A DNA stretch of 64,000 nucleotides, taken from NCBI GenBank assembly GCA_051652765.1, contig JBOFUV010000036.1, positions 1 through 64,000 on the forward strand, in the 5' to 3' direction. The stretch's first letter is position 1. The number at the start of each line of letters is the position of its first letter. The stretch is from Microcoleaceae cyanobacterium (lineage in GTDB: Bacteria > Cyanobacteriota > Cyanobacteriia > Cyanobacteriales > Microcoleaceae). The notes beneath the pieces were generated by a model. The model did not search any database and had not been told where the DNA came from. It saw only the letters and a list, made by a program, of their open reading frames with translations. This document shows, piece by piece, positions 62,565 to 64,000 of the stretch. The position numbers and the translations under genes are program-made.

Positions 62565-63533
62565 ATGAGAACCGTAATCGGCCTATTTGATGACCGCAAC
62601 GAGGCAATGCGTGCCTACACTGCACTGTACGAAGCGGGCTATGCTAAAGCGGATTTGGATATTCTGACCAATGATGATAAAGACGATGTTCCTAAGCTAG
62701 CCAACATGCGGAAGTATATCCCCGCTCCTGATGTCGATGTTTACCTCGAAGGTGTCCGTCAAGGTGGCACAATCATCACAGCTAACGTCACTGATAGCGC
62801 CGTAATGCGGGCTACTGAGATCATGTCTGGCTTCGACATGGTGAACGTTTCTAAGCGAGCTGTTGAGTTCCAAAAAGTGAATGCCGATTTGACCTGGAGC
62901 AACCCAGCTCAATCTGAGAACGTGATTGAAGTCATCGAAGAAGAAGTAGAAGTTGGCAAAGAGCAAGTCGAGCGCGGTCGGATGCGGATCTACAGCGTTG
63001 TGACTGAGCGTGAAGTCCAGAAAGACGTATCTCTGCGGGATGAAACCATCAAGGTTCAACGTCGCCCCGTCAACCGCACTGTTGAAGCCAGAGCGGATCT
63101 GTTCCAAGAGCGTTCTTTTGAAATGGTTGAGATTGACGAGATTGCCAAGGTCAGCAAAACTGCCCGTGTTGTTGAAGAAGTTTCCTTGGGCAAAGAAGTC
63201 GTTGACAAGATTGAAACCATCAAAGAAACCATTCGTCGTCAGGATGTTGAAATTGAGGAAGTTCCAGCACTTCGAGTCTTCGCCGAGTACGAAGCTGATT
63301 TCCGCAACTTCTATACTAGCAAATTGGCTGATCGGGGCGTAACCTATGACGAACTCAAGCCCGCTTTCACCTACGGTTATGACCTTGCAACTCGTGAGCC
63401 TTTCCGCAGCAGCCCTTGGTCAGCGGTAGAAACTGACGCGCGTCGAATTTGGGAAGACAAGAACCCCGGTACTTGGGATCAACATCAAACAGTTGTTAAG
63501 TATGCTTGGGAAAAGGTACGTGACGCACGTTAG
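62565..63533 (+). CDS. YsnF/AvaK (DUF2382) stress protein with general-stress N-domain
   Basis: TVIGLFDD, YLEGVRQGG, IEEEVEVGK, ARVVEEV, TIRRQDVEIE; GGGAG RBS. Confidence 0.9.
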   Translation: MRTVIGLFDDRNEAMRAYTALYEAGYAKADLDILTNDDKDDVPKLANMRKYIPAPDVDVYLEGVRQGGTIITANVTDSAVMRATEIMSGFDMVNVSKRAVEFQKVNADLTWSNPAQSENVIEVIEEEVEVGKEQVERGRMRIYSVVTEREVQKDVSLRDETIKVQRRPVNRTVEARADLFQERSFEMVEIDEIAKVSKTARVVEEVSLGKEVVDKIETIKETIRRQDVEIEEVPALRVFAEYEADFRNFYTSKLADRGVTYDELKPAFTYGYDLATREPFRSSPWSAVETDARRIWEDKNPGTWDQHQTVVKYAWEKVRDAR

Positions 63534-63605
63534 TGAACGAGGAGTACAAGCCTGGATGAATCAGGCTAAGCTCTCCTAGCTCTCCTGATTGTTTAAATGA
63601 TTTAG

Positions 63606-63633
63606 AAGGGGATAATCCATGGATTGTCCCCTT
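63606..63633. terminator. Hairpin terminator between convergent genes
   Basis: AAGGGGATAATCC-AT-GGATTGTCCCCTT. Confidence 0.65.
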
Positions 63634-63789
63634 TCTGTTTTGAGATGTACCAAATCCTAAAGTCAAAGCAGCAATATACCCCACCGCCTGCGGCACTTTC
63701 CCTTGTCAAGCAGGTTAAACCTCCCTGTTTTCGGTGTGGGTCTAGTTCGCTCGCGCCGCTCGATACTTCCTTTTTAACACTGTTCCAAC

Positions 63790-64000
63790 CTAGGTCACGA
63801 TGCCCGCTCGCAATGCAATCACTGCCGCTTGCACTCGATCATCAACTGCCAACTTATTCATAATTCCCCGAACGTGAGTCTTAATCGTATTGGGACTCAG
63901 AAATAATTCTTCTCCGATCTCAGGGTTACTTTTGCCTTCAACCAGTAGCTTCAACACATCCAACTCCCGCTGAGATAGGTTGGCAATTTTAGCACTCTCC
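63790..64000 (-). CDS. C-terminal LuxR-type HTH of NarL-family regulator (5' part outside window; not in ORF track)
   Basis: Manual translation: ANLSQRELDVLKLLVEGKSNPEIGEELFLSPNTIKTHVRGIMNKLAVDDRVQAAVIALRAGIVT*. Confidence 0.92.
   Translation of the reverse strand, partial: ESAKIANLSQRELDVLKLLVEGKSNPEIGEELFLSPNTIKTHVRGIMNKLAVDDRVQAAVIALRAGIVT

Overview
Chromosomal window of a cyanobacterium (frequent HIP1 GCGATCGC; cyanobacterial-type DevH, CrhR, gamma-tocopherol methyltransferase, Uma2, DUF928/CHASE2). It is mostly housekeeping: ktrAB, cimA, rtcB, rimP-nusA-ylxR-infB-recR, sbcC, crhR, pilQ, secG, gpmI, futB/futC, a P450. Most notable: (1) a cas-less type I-D-like CRISPR array (7 spacers) whose tail has a truncated repeat folded on an anti-repeat, then a degenerate repeat that keeps the 8-nt handle; (2) an effector-less membrane NACHT ATPase followed by DUF928 and a CHASE2 cyclase with the catalytic Arg replaced by Gln; (3) a stand-alone rtcB with a near-consensus promoter overlaid by ACTACA/ATACAAC repeats, followed by a chlorite-dismutase-family gene relic; (4) two MITE-like elements; (5) many unrelated 12-15 bp tandem duplications at gene boundaries; (6) a probable CTG start for recR, a frameshifted gene, an isolated pilQ near a PilP-like lipoprotein, and a divergent YsnF/AvaK pair. 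No tRNA, rRNA, transposase or cas gene was seen. All calls come from reading the sequence and recognising motifs; no searches were run.
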